A stretch of DNA of 64,000 nt from Yuukianura sp. NJ FZ-2021. Its lineage: Eukaryota. The number at the start of each line of letters is the position of its first letter. Position 1 is the first letter of the stretch. The notes under the pieces are model-generated. The model ran no database searches. It was given only the letters and a program-made list of their open reading frames with translations, and was not told the origin of the DNA. The position numbers and the translations under genes are program-made. Positions 25,331-38,964 of the stretch are shown here, piece by piece. The stretch covers positions 4,960,001-5,024,000 of the forward strand of contig CM102290.1 of the NCBI GenBank assembly GCA_046563655.1. The letters run 5' to 3'.

Positions 25331-28300
25331 CCTTCCCTCAGTTTTTGTTGAGCCCAATGGCCTCAAACTTTTGTCAAAGTTCAGCTCGACATAGGTTTGC
25401 AACGCATTTTTTTAAAGTTTGAAAATGATGTCTCTCGTCTGTGAGAGTGTCAAAGATCAAGTTGCCAGAATTTGTAAGAAAAATGTTGGCACATTGGGTG
25501 AGGAAAATTCTAAGATGAGGGAAGATGAACATGAGGATGGTTTGAGCTGGATGCTGGAAACGATGGCGAGCAAATTATTGTGCCTCATTAATTGTGGCGT
25601 ATCTTATCCAAGGAGTAGCGCCTTTTCCCTTTGATGTTGGATGGTTTCAAGCAGCAGTTCTCTAGGTTCTTTTCGTAAGATGATCTCGCACAAAGTGGAT
25701 GGATGGTGTAGGAAAAGCAAAGTGGTTGAGTGGAAAAAATTAAGTGGTTCTTGATTAAGTTGATGGTCATCTTCTTCATCTTTGCGAAAACGTATATGCG
25801 AATATTTCAAATCTCGTTTTTTTACCTTTGGCACTCAAGTTACTCCAAAAACGTTGAGCTGTGAAAACATAATCAGCCTTGCACATTCGATCAAGAGCAA
25901 GATCATGGTCGAATGGTCATGCTCCATCACAGTTGTTGTTCTAAACGTTTTTGTAGTTTGGTTTTGAGACATACGTACAAAAGGTAGGAGAGAAGAGTAA
26001 AGTGGAGCAAGAAAGGAAAGCATTATTCTTTTCTCCATGATTCATTCCTCTTGTCGAGATGGTCCAGAGATGAGGGATGGAGGTTGTATCTTTCCAGAAT
26101 AATCTGCATTCCAGACCCCTTAACTATGTCTTCCTCCTCCTAAAGTTGTTCTTGAAACAGAGGATTTCGTTTTTATGTCTCCGCTTCCCGCTACGGCCAT
26201 GACTTCCTTGAGGATGCCGACATGACGAACAAGAATCTACCCAAAAGTGAGTCTAGAAGTCAAGGGGAGTGTAGAGCGCATCGTTTCATGGAGGTCGACA
26301 AAACATATTGGCGTGTCCTAAAAACTTCACAATCCTAAATTTCATGGATTTTTTTTCTTGGTTTAAGGTTTACTTGAGCTTGTTTGGTTTGCTAACTCGA
26401 CAGCTTCAAACTTTTATGTTTTGGTTCATCACAATCACAAAAGTGTTCTTGTCGAAACTTGGCAGCGGCTACTCTTTGTCTTACAGAGTTATCTTTTTGC
26501 CATAATGTTAGTTAAGACCAAAGATGATGTGTCAGGGAGTTGAGTCTTCGAGGTCAACCAGGGTCAATCCATTGCGCCAACTTTTGGGTCAAAAAATGCC
26601 GCCTTCGTCACTCTTTGCACAACTTGCAGCGCAATTGTAAAGATTTCAATTAAAAAAAAGAACTTGGAAATAACAAAGTTTGCAAATTTACGAGAAAGAT
26701 CTTGTTTTTTTTTTTCAAAATAACTGTTCTCATGAAGGTCATACAGGTTTACTGTTTCGGCGTAGTAGCAGCATTTTCGATTTTTTTCGTATGCAAGGTG
26801 AAGGTTCTTGGGAGAAAGTTTGCGAATGTCCACTCATTCCTTGCTAATAATTTAAAAATAATTTAATATTGTGCATAAATAGCACTCTATAAAGGTGGAA
26901 TATAATATGATACTTGGGTGAAGTAAGGCTTAACAATCATTGCATCCACTGGCAACCATTTTGCGGCAACATATGTCATCAGTTTAGACAAAGTTAACCC
27001 AATGTGACTCTGCGTCCTAAGGTTGCCACCCCGAATAGCCACCGATTGTAGCAATGGCTACTAGTGTCATGTAGTGCCACTCATTGTGGTTATTCCTTGC
27101 TTTGACCGGAACTGAATTAAAAGGTAGGTTAGGTAAGCTATGTTCAGGTTTTGTTTAATTTTCAAAAATATGGATGTTAACTCATTCGGATTTGAGAGTT
27201 TTGTGAGAGAAAGGGGAAGTACGAAAGGTATTGACAGGATAGCGAAAGTCGGTAGGGAAAAATTGGTGCACCAAAACCCGGAGAAAGTTGTGCTGGTATT
27301 AACTCAATTCGGCATAGATGACCCGTGTGACCTGGGTGACCCCGGTGGTGGTTCTGTTGTTCCAGTTGACCAAGAAAGTGGTTACTTGCGTAGTTGCATG
27401 CTATGGTGTGGCTGCTGTCCAATAAATCGTGGCTGTTGGTGTCAAGGATGGCACCAGAAACCCGGGAACGGTCTACCACCCTCCTTTTGGTTTTGGGTGG
27501 AAAAGCGGTGTGGATCCGGGGGGGGGGGTTCGGTGGACGCCTTGGCTGTTGCGGAGAGGTGCCTTGGTGAGAGGAGAGTGTGATTGGCTGGAGGAGAGGA
27601 GAGGGCACACCGACTCTCATTAACGCCCAACGCGAGACGAAGGATCCCAAAGGCGTTGGGATTCCCACTTGAGAACTCGCCCACAAAATACCCACCTCTA
27701 CTACACAACACTACGCCATGGCACCTCCTTCACTATGGCGGCTCCGAATAGCCACGGTATTTACGCCAAAAAAACCACACTATGGCCTCATCCTGCTATA
27801 ATACGCCGACTATGTACCCTATATCGCTGTTGGCTTTCGGATATAAAAACATATTCCATATTTTTTATTCCATGCTTACTATTATGTATTTTCCTTCCCA
27901 TTATAACGAATTGTAGTCTATGAGCAAGATTGACATCAATTTGTAATTATTTCTTCTCCCGCAATTTTGTTAAGTGCTGAATTAGCCGGATGAGACGGCC
28001 ATCGTTTTTAAAAGTGAAGTCGGCCAATTTTTGTTGGACGGTGTACTATTACATGTATGAACATAGTTTTTTTTTCGGAATAACTACCTGATGGCGAAAT
28101 TTGTGAAATAGCCGAGTTTCTTTCACCGACATAAACAACTTATTTAGCAATTAGTTTCCAAATTTTTGGAAAGTACTTTTTTGTACAAACTTATGCATAG
28201 ATTTTAGAAAAAAAATCATAAAGAATTAATATTACGCCAAGCGAATTTGCTGCGGTGGATAAAAAAATTTTTTTGTTAATTGTTTTTTTTTTTAAACTTA

Positions 28301-28629
28301 AAATTCTTATTACCGGGAAAAAATCCGCAATTTCGTCATTAGGGGTTCTTGTGGTATTTATGGGAATTGAAAAATACGAGATGGTGCAAGATAATGCAAT
28401 TTTTGAATTTAAAAGGTAATTTAGACTTTTATGACACAGTCTTTTTTGTACTCATATTTTCTGGCGTAGTAATAGAAAAAATAAGTTCCGTACACCAATG
28501 TTTTATTAATTCATTCGATGTGTTTAAACGTAGTCCAATTCAGGGGTTACTTTGCGTTTTTTGAGTTGTGTGTTTCGTGGCTGTGCTAAACCTCCATAGT
28601 GTTCTGTGTTTTCCCCTTTTCGCCAACAG

Positions 28630-28914
28630 AGGTGATTGTTCCCGCTGTCGTCTGAGTCCGCATCCTCTCATGTGCTCTGCCAGTTCATTCCTAGAGTAAC
28701 CACCATACAAGGAGGAACTGTCCCTCTGCTCTGGACACGTCTTTGCTCCACAACGTTACAGTCCGTGTCAGTTGACAATGTGTGGCCCAGTGAGGTGTTA
28801 AGTGAAAGTGTTTGTCCCAGTATCCAGTGCTCATACCCGAGTGCCTGTCACTGGAGGGGTTGTCATTGTTCCTAAGTGAAAGTGGAAGGGAGGCCGGGTC
28901 AACTACTTGGAGGA
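28630..28914 (+). other. 5' UTR part of the first coding exon (spliced leader)
   Basis: Strong acceptor ttctgtgttttccccttttcgccaacag| ending at 28629 implies an upstream non-coding exon. Two short uORFs lie inside (28670-28699, 28778-28801). Confidence 0.6.
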
Positions 28915-29258
28915 ATGCGTTTCGAACCTCCACAGGCAATAATACCCGAAATGGCATTTCCGCCATTCCTTCTGCCCCGACCGACCGGACCAGCCGACTT
29001 CAGTGTGTCCTCCCTCCTGGGTCAAAACCCATACCTACCCCTTGGAGGGCCTGGAGGGTACCCCCTCATACCCAAGTTGGGTCACTATCCTCCTCCGCCA
29101 GGTCATCCCGGCTCAAATGATGACCTAAGGCCTATGAGGACATTACCTCCTGACGACGACGGTGTCGTCGATGACCCCAAAGTGACACTCGAAGGCCGCG
29201 ACTTGTGGGAAAAGTTTCATAAACTAGGGACGGAAATGGTCATCACGAAGTCTGGACG
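28915..29258 (+). CDS. omb: Tbx2/3 (optomotor-blind-like) T-box transcription factor, coding exon 1
   Basis: ATG at 28915 follows an in-frame TAA (28873-28875). Encodes MRFEPP...[19 protein letters not shown] (Tbx2/3-type N-terminus, eh1-like motif) and [29 protein letters not shown](R), the start of the T-box. Donor CG|GTATGA at 29259, phase 2. Confidence 0.93.
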
Positions 29259-30518
29259 GTATGAACAAAGTCATTTGGACATTAGTCCATCCTGTCATTT
29301 ACTATCTTGGTCTTGTCACACGTCTTGTTCGTGTCTAAGGCAATAGAATCCTGTCACCTAATGTTTCCATACCTTGATGAACAACCATGCAATGGAGATA
29401 GGGATTAATGTGTTAATGTCTCGAATAGCAGCTAAACGTTTTCGCAATTGACACCTAGATTTGCATGTTCCAATTTGAGGGTGTATGATGAAGGTCAAAG
29501 TATTACCGGGACTCTTCATACCTAATGCATAGTAACAACTTTGCCTTTGGTTATGTACTTATATTGTGTTCGTATTGACATTGGATTCCAATAATTTGAA
29601 TTAACGTTAATGGGGAGTTCACCTTCAAGGTGTATCGACAAAAAGCAATAGGGTGTAAAGTCTCTAAGCAAGTATCTAGCAAATCCTATTTAGTGTGGTT
29701 ATGTATGAACTCCCAGTGTTTCTTGATTTCTAAATGTCGTTGTCTCTAGTAGTCTTTAGTAAGTCTTATGTATGACTTCTATGTTACCTTGTGTCTGAAC
29801 TGTTTCTATATTGGTTTCAATAAGTCAAAAAGCAAAAGCATTGACTTTGATTTTGTTGCACTGGAGAAGAATAGTCAGGATTGTTCATCAGATTAGTTTC
29901 ACCGGTCACTATCCTATGCTACTTAACGTTTTAACTCTATGTTACTGACAAATATTACAATCAATTGCTACTTTCTTAAAACCCAGAATACAAAATGTCT
30001 TTACATAGTATTTAGAACAATTGAATTACGAATTTTGAAAATGTCTCACTTCGTCCTTCTGTTACAATTTCAAATGAGTTTTTAACGAAGGAACAAATAT
30101 CGGTGGCTCTATTTTCCTCAAATACGTAACGTTCAAAAACGAAAACGGAATCCAATGGCTTTTTGAGTCTTTGAAAACCCCATTCAGCTATGAATGAAAA
30201 TCCAACTTATGTTTTCAATTTCAATGAACAATAGCTGAAGAGTTGCATTGTAAGATTTTTAAATTCACTGTGTTGTTCTGTTCTTGTAAATTCTAACGAA
30301 AATCAAATCAACCTTTTCGTAAACAGTGGTTTGTAGTATCTTAAAGTCCATGTATCAAATCATTTTTAGTGAAGATCTGTATTCAATACATTCTCAATTC
30401 GAATCAAGATTAGAATTTGGAAATGGAAACTATAATAGTTGAAAATTAAAGACAAAAATCATTATAGAAATAAAAAGTTACAAAAGTTTGTGACAATTGA
30501 AAGTTGTTTTTTTGTGGA

Positions 30519-30830
30519 CAGGGTTTCTTGTTTTTATGAAAAAAAATTAACATGGTTTTTGGTTTAAACCATGTTTTTTTTGTCAGTTTAAACCAAAAGC
30601 GGGTTTTAATTAAAAATAGTGTGTTGAAAACGTGTATTTACTTAAAAAAATCGTAAAATAAGACAGTCAATTTTTCTACTTTACACTAAAAGAGAAAAAT
30701 GGCTTAAATAGAACAATAAGTAGAATATGACACGTCAATTTCTCCGTTTCGTATGCTAATTTGTGCGTTCAATTTAAACCAGGTTTTTATTTAAAACAAA
30801 AAATATGTGGTTTAAACCACCGAAACCCTC
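30519..30830. mobile_element. hAT-like MITE in omb intron
   Basis: Termini CAGGGTTTC / GAAACCCTC. TSD TTTGTGGA / CTTGTGGA (7/8). Repeated (G)TTTAAACC subterminal motifs at both ends. Confidence 0.75.
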
Positions 30831-33800
30831 CTTGTGGATTTGAAACATTGCAGAAATGCATTTTGCGATTTCGTTAACATTAAACAATGCATTTATCATT
30901 GCAATGATCCAATGATCTACTAAAATGGTCAGTTGCAGTTCCTTGTACAGATTCTCTTGATTATTCCTTTTGATTAACATGCTTTTGAGCTTTTGAGCGC
31001 TTAAATCCTAACTTGAACCACAACTCCCAACTTAAATTATTAAAGTTATATTTGTAAGTACTTCATAGGCGGTGGGGACTGAATGAATTGATCATGTTTA
31101 CGGTTTATTTGTGTATATTTTGTTATTAGTTAATTCATTTATTCTGAGGAAGTTAGGTCCCTATGCGTTAAAAAGCAAAAGTTAAAAGGTTTGTAACTAT
31201 TTTGAGCAGGGTGTTGTAGCTATTTTGGGGTTGTAAAGCGCCTAGATTAGGTTCGGTTTGTGCGGTCTCTAATGTTGGCAGGACATTTGTCAGTTAAGGT
31301 GGTAGATGAAGGCGGATTCACCATTTCCATGATAATCTTCTCGGATTGGCAGGAACCGAGGTGGTACTGGAGAAACGCCAAGTTCATGACAAAACAGGCT
31401 TGTGGCAGATCTTCCTGATTTAAGTTGGCGGTAGAGTCAGTTTTTAATTTCACGAAATAAGGGGTTTAGAAACTCCGTTTGTTTAGAATAGGACTGTGGA
31501 GAACAGAGATTCGTTAGAAAATAGTAGTATTATTCCCACTGATGTTTGAGGTGTTCAGTGAAGGTAAGTCGGTGGAAGTGAAGTGTTGTTTGGTCGGCTG
31601 AATGTCAATGTCGGAGATTAATTGATGTAGAGATGAACAGCTTCCCTCCTTTCCCTTTCTTTTTGTCTCCTTTCCTCTGCATTTCATGTTCTCAATCTGA
31701 GGTTTCTCCCTAATGAGACCTTTAGTAGGAAAGTCTATGCCAGAATTTAGAGTTTTCAGAGTGAATAGGAAGGCACTTGTGCTGAGACTTAAGGTTTCAG
31801 GTTATGGAGCCTACTATTATGCGGAAGTGTCTCTCTAGCATCACCCGGGAAAAGAGATTTGCGTCCATGTCGGCGCCAAAAACCATCACAAGCTGTGGCA
31901 TACAAAGTGTGCCTTGCTCAAATGGAGATGTAATTCTCCGCAGAGGCGCTACCGCACTCTTAGGAAAAAAAAAAGTAGAGAGAGCGTACATCGCAGTCTC
32001 GTAGCTGAACAAGAAGGAAAAAAACGTTTTTTTTTTCAAGTTCGGGGTTTTCGGGAGTGAGAGCAGCAGAGAACTTTTTTCGGTCGATTCCTCTCTGGTC
32101 TCTCTCCTCCCCACTGATTTGCCAAGAGGCTTTCTACTTTTTTTTTCCTTCATCTGCCGAAAACCCACTCTTTTTCAATGCCAGGAAAAGGAATAACTCG
32201 TATTTTTACAGAAACTGAAATATGGAAAAGTATCTCTCGACAAAAATTTCATCTTCGTCTATCCTCCATTTGAAGTATGAATTTGCAACTGCAGTCGCTC
32301 TTTCCAGAAACATAGAAAGCTTTCTACTAAAATTCTTGTCCAAAGTGTTCAGTCGCATACTGCAATTTACATTGTTTTTAGAAAAATAACAGATCTTAAA
32401 TTTCCAGCCAGGTTGAAGCCTCATTACAGCTCAAAACTGCTTCGGCAAACGACATGGTGCAGCGTTGGCTCTGAAAATTTTTAGGTTGTAATTTGCTACC
32501 CGGGTTTTGGAATTCTCCTAACGCCTCGCTTCTTTCTCTCGGCTTTCTTTTCTCCGTGAAGGAAATTACGACGTGTGGTTGTAGAGATCTATTGAGCGGA
32601 AGTGCTATCTCTCCCTCCCTCCATTTTCAAAGCTCCCGCCACTACTTTCTAGTTTTCCAGTACTACTAACTCCAAATTCCCTCCTCCAGCAAACCTCCAG
32701 TCCGAAAAAAGTACTCTCTCAGCTTTTAGAGCCTTTTCTCATATTGCCAAGTTTTATTAGGCTCTATGAGCCTAGACTCCTTTGACTTGAGTTCCACTCC
32801 GCTCTCCTCCCCCTGCTACATTACATTGGACACATCTTTTATGACTTCAGGAACTGCTCTATGTCTTATTCGCCCCGAACGGACGCAGTCTCAGCCTCAA
32901 AATTACTTTTTTTTCCTTCTCATCTTTACCAAAATGGATGACGAAGGCGGTAGGGAAGTCGGTTCGAAAAAAGTTCCAGGATAGTGCCAAATAAACATAC
33001 AATTTATTTGGTCCTGTGCTCAATGGGAGTGTATCCCGTTGATATTCTTCTTCAGTTCGGATTAATGTGTCTAACCTCAGGATTAGGAAATTGAGTTGAA
33101 CTTAGAATTTAGACACCATTTTTGAATTTTTTTTTTCAGATTTTGTTCCGTTACGAAGATGTTGGTTGTTTATTTTTTTTGAATTTAAGAGATAAAATCA
33201 ATTTTTGATTTTTTAGGGGATAGTTGTGGTTTTGTATCTTAAAAGAAATCGGCTGCACCTCCTTTTCAATTGAATAAAGTGGAACCCGCCTAACCATTGT
33301 TTTGAAAAGAAATAAGAAAATTGGAAGCTTTTGTTTGGGTTTTGCACGAACTAATCAATTTAGTCTTTAGTTTGCATAAGTAAAAAAAAACTAGGAAACA
33401 GAAATTGTGTGAGAAGTTGACGAAGAATAATTTGAGTGGTTGTGAGAAGTTAATTTCCAGTTTTTAACAGAAGATTTCAGTTTTGAAATTTACTTGAGCA
33501 TTGAGGTTTTTGCCCGTTTGGTAGTTTCAATAGTCTTGACTTTTATTAATGACTTGAGATGAAATTGTTTGATAACAAAGAAACTCCGATTCTGAAGATT
33601 CCATGATTTAATTAATTCAAGCATCTCGCAGATTCCTCGTTACAAGAACCGGGAAACTGTTTTTTGCAATTGTTTTCAACCAAAAGGCAAAAACAGATGA
33701 CAGAAGCAGCTTCTCGACAATTGTAAAAGTTTAACTAACTAATGTATAACTTTTTGTGATTGCGCAGTGAAAGCCTTAGGACATGTACATCAAAGTTTTT

Positions 33801-34416
33801 TAGTTTAGCAGTGGTGTCACTGACATGCACTTGCTCTAAGGTCTTTGTGAGCCGTGGATCCGACAGGTCAATAGAGGGATTTAGAGGTGTCATGTTCGAT
33901 ATGTTCCTGACTAGATTTTAGCATGGATTTATTTCTTCCCTTTATTATTACTTTTACCCACTCCTTCAGCCATGTTGTCCACATCATAGTTTTTTTTAAC
34001 TTCCGTTCTTGGACAAGTCACGCACTGGCAAGAGTCAAATCACCCTGGTTCTCCTAGTACATGTCCATGCTCTAAGGTGTTTTGAGGTTTAGGTGGTGTA
34101 ACGTATAGAGTCCGTTTTCGTGAAAAGAGTCTCAAATTATTTATCAAATTCCAATTACTCTTCCGAAGTGTGTAGTTAAGGTGTTTTTTCTGGGTGATAA
34201 TAAGGTAGCATAGTACAGGGAGAAGAACCCGGCAAAATTTGTACAGGTTCTGCTAAAGCTCTGGATGTGCCATGCGCAGAAGCCACAGGACGTGTGGAAA
34301 TTCGTAATATATTATTAAGGACTTTTGCAATTATAATGACACTTAAGGCACCCTGCTCCTAATACACTTCACTTGGCATATTTTACCTTCCACTATTATG
34401 CTCCCTCCCTCATGAG

Positions 34417-34661
34417 CAGACCTGCCAAAAATATTTATTTCCAAAAAAAATGCCTGTAATGTTAACAAAATCAATATTTCGGGGGCGTTTTTGTTATGAA
34501 ATATTTATTTATTTTCCCAGGCTTTTTGTGTTAACTTAAGTAAATATTCCGAGCTTTTTCAGTAAATATTGTATTTATTTAAATATTTCGCTGGTTTTTA
34601 GTAAATATTGTATTAATTTAAATATTTTGCTGGTTTTTAGTAAATATTTTTGGCAGCCCTG
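34417..34661. mobile_element. 8-bp-TSD (hAT/P-like) MITE, family A copy 1
   Basis: TIR CAGACCTGCCAAAAATATT / AATATTTTTGGCAGCCCTG. TSD CTCATGAG / CTCATAAG. Internal tandem AGTAAATATT repeats. Confidence 0.85.
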
Positions 34662-37600
34662 CTCATAAGTTTTCGAAGAAAGTGCAGAAGGAAATAAAAT
34701 AATTTAATGCGATTCAATGTTTTAGCTCCCAGAATTGAATTTTGAGGGCGTTGGGAATGGAAAATTATCTAGTGAGACTTTCTCTAGGTAGAAAACTGTG
34801 CAGGGAAATGGGCGTTCAGAATTTATTTTTAGGTTCTAAATATTTCAAGTTGGAGAAGAACACGACACTCTCATAAATTACTAATACGTAAAGGAAGCTT
34901 CGCTTGGTGAGGTGACACTTTGTAAATTGAAATTTCTAAAAGTGTTTATGTCTAGTAGGAATTTGGGTTGTACAGGAAAGTTAGATTAAACTGAAATGCT
35001 TAGTAGTTGTAAAGGCTGAAACTGATTTTTGCTAAAGATGGGAGGTTCAAGATGGCCGATGAGAACCATGGTGTGGTATAGAGAGAGAGAAATTTTCTTC
35101 CGCCATACTATTTTTCCTGACAGCGTTATTCATCTTTTTCAGAAATGAAAGTACAAGGAGGCCCGAGGGGGAGAGACTAAACTTGCTATTAGAACTTTCC
35201 ATCACAATTGTCAAAAAACCATAATTTGTGTGTAGAGTGGGGAAAGAACAAAGGGGAAAATATTGAACTGTGAATATCCATGATGGCCAAAAACATTGTA
35301 CTTTGGCCGTTGGAGACTACAAAAAGTAGCCCCCTGCTCCTATTTTATTTTTTTATTTGATCAAGCCCTTGAGTGATGATGAGTGAACAAGGGGGGGGGG
35401 GACCCTTGTGAATTGAATGGAGACGAGGAGGCTGCTGAGGCAGAGGATGATTGTATTTGTGGACTTACTATTTGTGGTCATAGGAGAACAAGCGTTGATG
35501 GTTACGACGTTTGAGCCTTCCCTCCCGATCTTCCATCATCGGAAACATAATCCATTGGTACAGAACGCAATTCCAGCGTCTGTTTCTATTCCCAGGCTAT
35601 CCGCTGTTCCTCATCCTCTCTTTTTTTTAGTTTTTTAAAGCCCAAAGAGAAAGTGAAAATGAATTTGAGGAAGGCCAAAATTCGAGGAAAAGTATTCTTA
35701 GTTTTTAGCGCAAGTTTTAGGTTGTGTATTTGTGGAAGTGAAGCTCCTGATTTTAGCTTGTAACAAACGAATTGAGACTATAGGTATTTGGGCTGTTTCT
35801 TTGAAAACATAAAACGGATTTGGATGTTTTTAAATGAAATGGACTCTAAGACAATCGGGAAAGTATCAGTTTAAAGGGATTTTGTAAAGACGGAATCCAT
35901 TGTGGACGGAGGACTTGGACGTAGGTAGGAGACAATTAGGGAAAGTGTATTTCTTTCCATTGTCCTATTCTTCTTGTGTCTCTGGAACCATCATTTGTGT
36001 CAGATGGAGTATCTTATGGCACTGGGGAACTATAACGGTGTCCTCGGATTTGCTTGGATCATTCCTTTGCCAAAGTAGGAACAGACAAACATAAGGGTCC
36101 CCTTGAGATAAAAAGCTTTGGAAACTGACCGCCATCTCAGACGAAATCTCCCACGAGAACGAGAAAAAGGGCCCCCCTCTTCACTTGATGCGACCACTGT
36201 CTCTTTAGTAATGTTCCATAAATGGGAAGTTGAGGGCTAGGCTGTAGTTTTAAGACGCGGTTGGCAAGTCAGGCCAACTCTGCGTGAAAGTGGAGGTGAC
36301 AACCAGGTAGCGGGCGCAGTATTTGTGAAAACAGGGGCTCATCATCTCTCTTGTGTCTCATACAGATGCGGAATCTGGATAGTATCTGTTGTGAGGATTT
36401 TTGACCTCAAAGAAGCTCTGACCAAATGAAGAGTGGCCTTCAGTGTTGAAAGTACAAAAGATTTTTGCTTCATTTGTGAGCAACTATGGGACTTTGGTCC
36501 TAAACTGTCATTGATACTGTAGTGATCTCAAGGGTTCCGTACACTCTGCAGACACGGGGATGAGAGGGTAGGTGATGCGCAAAATCATGTTCAAGGCCTT
36601 GAGCGCTCTTGAGGTGCTAGGCATGTGGGCATTTGCATTAAAATGTCACCTCTCCATTGTACTTGTCGACCAGACACTCAGCTTTTTGCGGATTGACAAT
36701 TCCGCAAGGTGAGGAGTTTGGTTGAGTTTATGAACAAAGAATAATAACCTCAAACCTCCCGAGTCAATTGTAACGTTCGACCTTGAAACAGCTACAGCGG
36801 TACAATTCAACTCCAAATGAACTTTAGCACTTTGTATTTGTTATCATGTGGGATATTTGGAATTTGAGATGCGATTGAACAAAGATTCTGTCATTCGGGT
36901 TAAGATGATTATTGATGCTGTTGTAAAATGTTTTCTTTTTCATTTTATTTTGTTGGAAAAGTTGCATGGACGAATGTAGTAAATCTTATTTTTTTTGTTG
37001 GTCTTGGCACGCAAAGATGTGCGAGGAGGTTTTGCGGAGTAAAAAGTAAAACTTTTACGACAGACGTTGAGAATATTAAAATGAACGCAGGGCGATGTAA
37101 AAGTGGTACAATTCCTTGCATGGTCGAGAGACTTGACAGTTGGGTGAGATGGTGATGGAGATTTGATCTGCAGTGGTGGTTGAGGAGGAACTGACCATTG
37201 TTTGTTTGCAAGCAGGCAGGAGATGGTTAGGATCTGGACAAATGATAAAAAGCGAATTTTTTGTTAATGGGAGTTGACGTAGTTTTGAGAAGACATTTTG
37301 ATTCTGTGAATTGATCTATGTAGAAGATGCATGGAGGGAGTAACTATGTAGTAGGAGAGACAGCTGCACAATGGCGGCATTTCCCACTTCGATCACCTTA
37401 CGCTTGTTCCATTTATGAACCATTTCTTGAATTACTTAACGGCTCAAATTACGAAAAAAAGCGGCAAGGCCTTCTACAACTGACTATGGTAAAAGAACGT
37501 AAATACAATGTGAATAGTGCATGTGACTCGGAATGTATCTTCATGAGTAACAGTCTAGTTTGAATTAATGATTAACACGACAAAAGCTGGTTTTATGCTT

Positions 37601-38964
37601 TGTGTTATAAGGTAGGGCTAGTTTTTTTACACTAAAAAAATTTGCTTTGAACATAATCAACTACAAAGGAAAGTTGTTTTCAACATGAATTTGGGTTTGG
37701 AGATGTGTTTAGTTTACAAAAGTAAAAAAAAGAAGTGGAAAGACTGTGTAATGGAAAACGACAAGGAGAAATGGAATGGATTGTTATGTGAATTTAAAAG
37801 TATTGCATCCGAGTTAGTACTTTGGTGTGTTAATTCAATTAGCACTTTTATCTCCCTTTGTTTCAAATTTTGGCGCACCGCGACGGCCGCACATTTTGTT
37901 AACTTTAAAGTGTCCTACATGTTTGTTTGTCTGTGAGTGCTTGGGTGACATTAGTAGTAAAGAGGAATACGGGATCTGAACATGACATGTTCTGAGTTCT
38001 GAGCATGAAAATTGAAAATGGTTTGGAAAGTGGTCCAGACAAGCAAAGAAGGTCTGAGAAGATGCTCTTACGCCTAATTAAACAGAATTCGGAGTCGTCA
38101 ACCGACAAGACCCTTTATGTGTCCCATGACTTCCTCAGATCTGTTTTGGCAACGGCATTTCGTATGACCAAAAGTAAACTTGGTTTGCTAAAAAGTGACG
38201 TCTGTGTCACTCATAATTTCTGGATTGACAGGACAACAGTGCGAGGTTTAATAAAAAATAGTAATATTATAATATATTAAATACTGTCTATTATACAATA
38301 GTCCATGTGACTGTTGGTATAACTGTGGAAAAACGAGTTTTTCGTATTTGAAACTTGATAGTTGGGTGTTATTTGGATGTATGGTGGCTAGTAACAGGAG
38401 AGGATGAAGGGAAGATTCTATCAGAGACTTTCAACGCCTTTTGACTCTCCTATCTTAAGTGGTTGAGTCTTAAGTAGAAAGCTCAGTGGATTTACAAATT
38501 AACAAGACGTTTCTTCTTCCGTCTCACAGCAGTGGAAGTGGGCTTTGATTAATTATTGTCCAACCTTGTTGGAAGTGTCTCTGTAAAAGGCGTATGATCC
38601 CCACCAAAAGTTCAATATGTGTTGTTGGACAGGAACTGCCGAGAAAGCCGAATGCTCCTCATTCGTTTTCTGCCCACTTCTGCCTTGCCCAACTGATTCC
38701 CAAAATGGATTTGCGCAAATCTTACAGCGTCCGGAAAATCTCTAGTTCTATTATGTCTTAGATACAAGACGGTATAACGCTACAGTACTGAAAAAAAACT
38801 TCATGAAACCTAGATTTTCATAATTTTCTATCATAATTATTAAGTGGACGTGTAGATTTAATTCTGGAAAGTCAAATCAGATTTCCAAAAGACTTGAGGA
38901 TCTGATTTTTCTTGTTACTTTGTTTTTGATCGTCAGCCTTGTCGGCATTCTGTCCTGTTATTAT

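Noticed and set aside
26888..26930. TATAAAG plus a nearby GTAAGG as the omb promoter and first exon
   Set aside because: It would give a first exon of only a few nucleotides, has no Inr, and borders repeat-like DNA.
28010..28045. Possible Tc1-like right end (...TTTTGTTGGACGGTG-TA)
   Set aside because: No matching left TIR found in the window.
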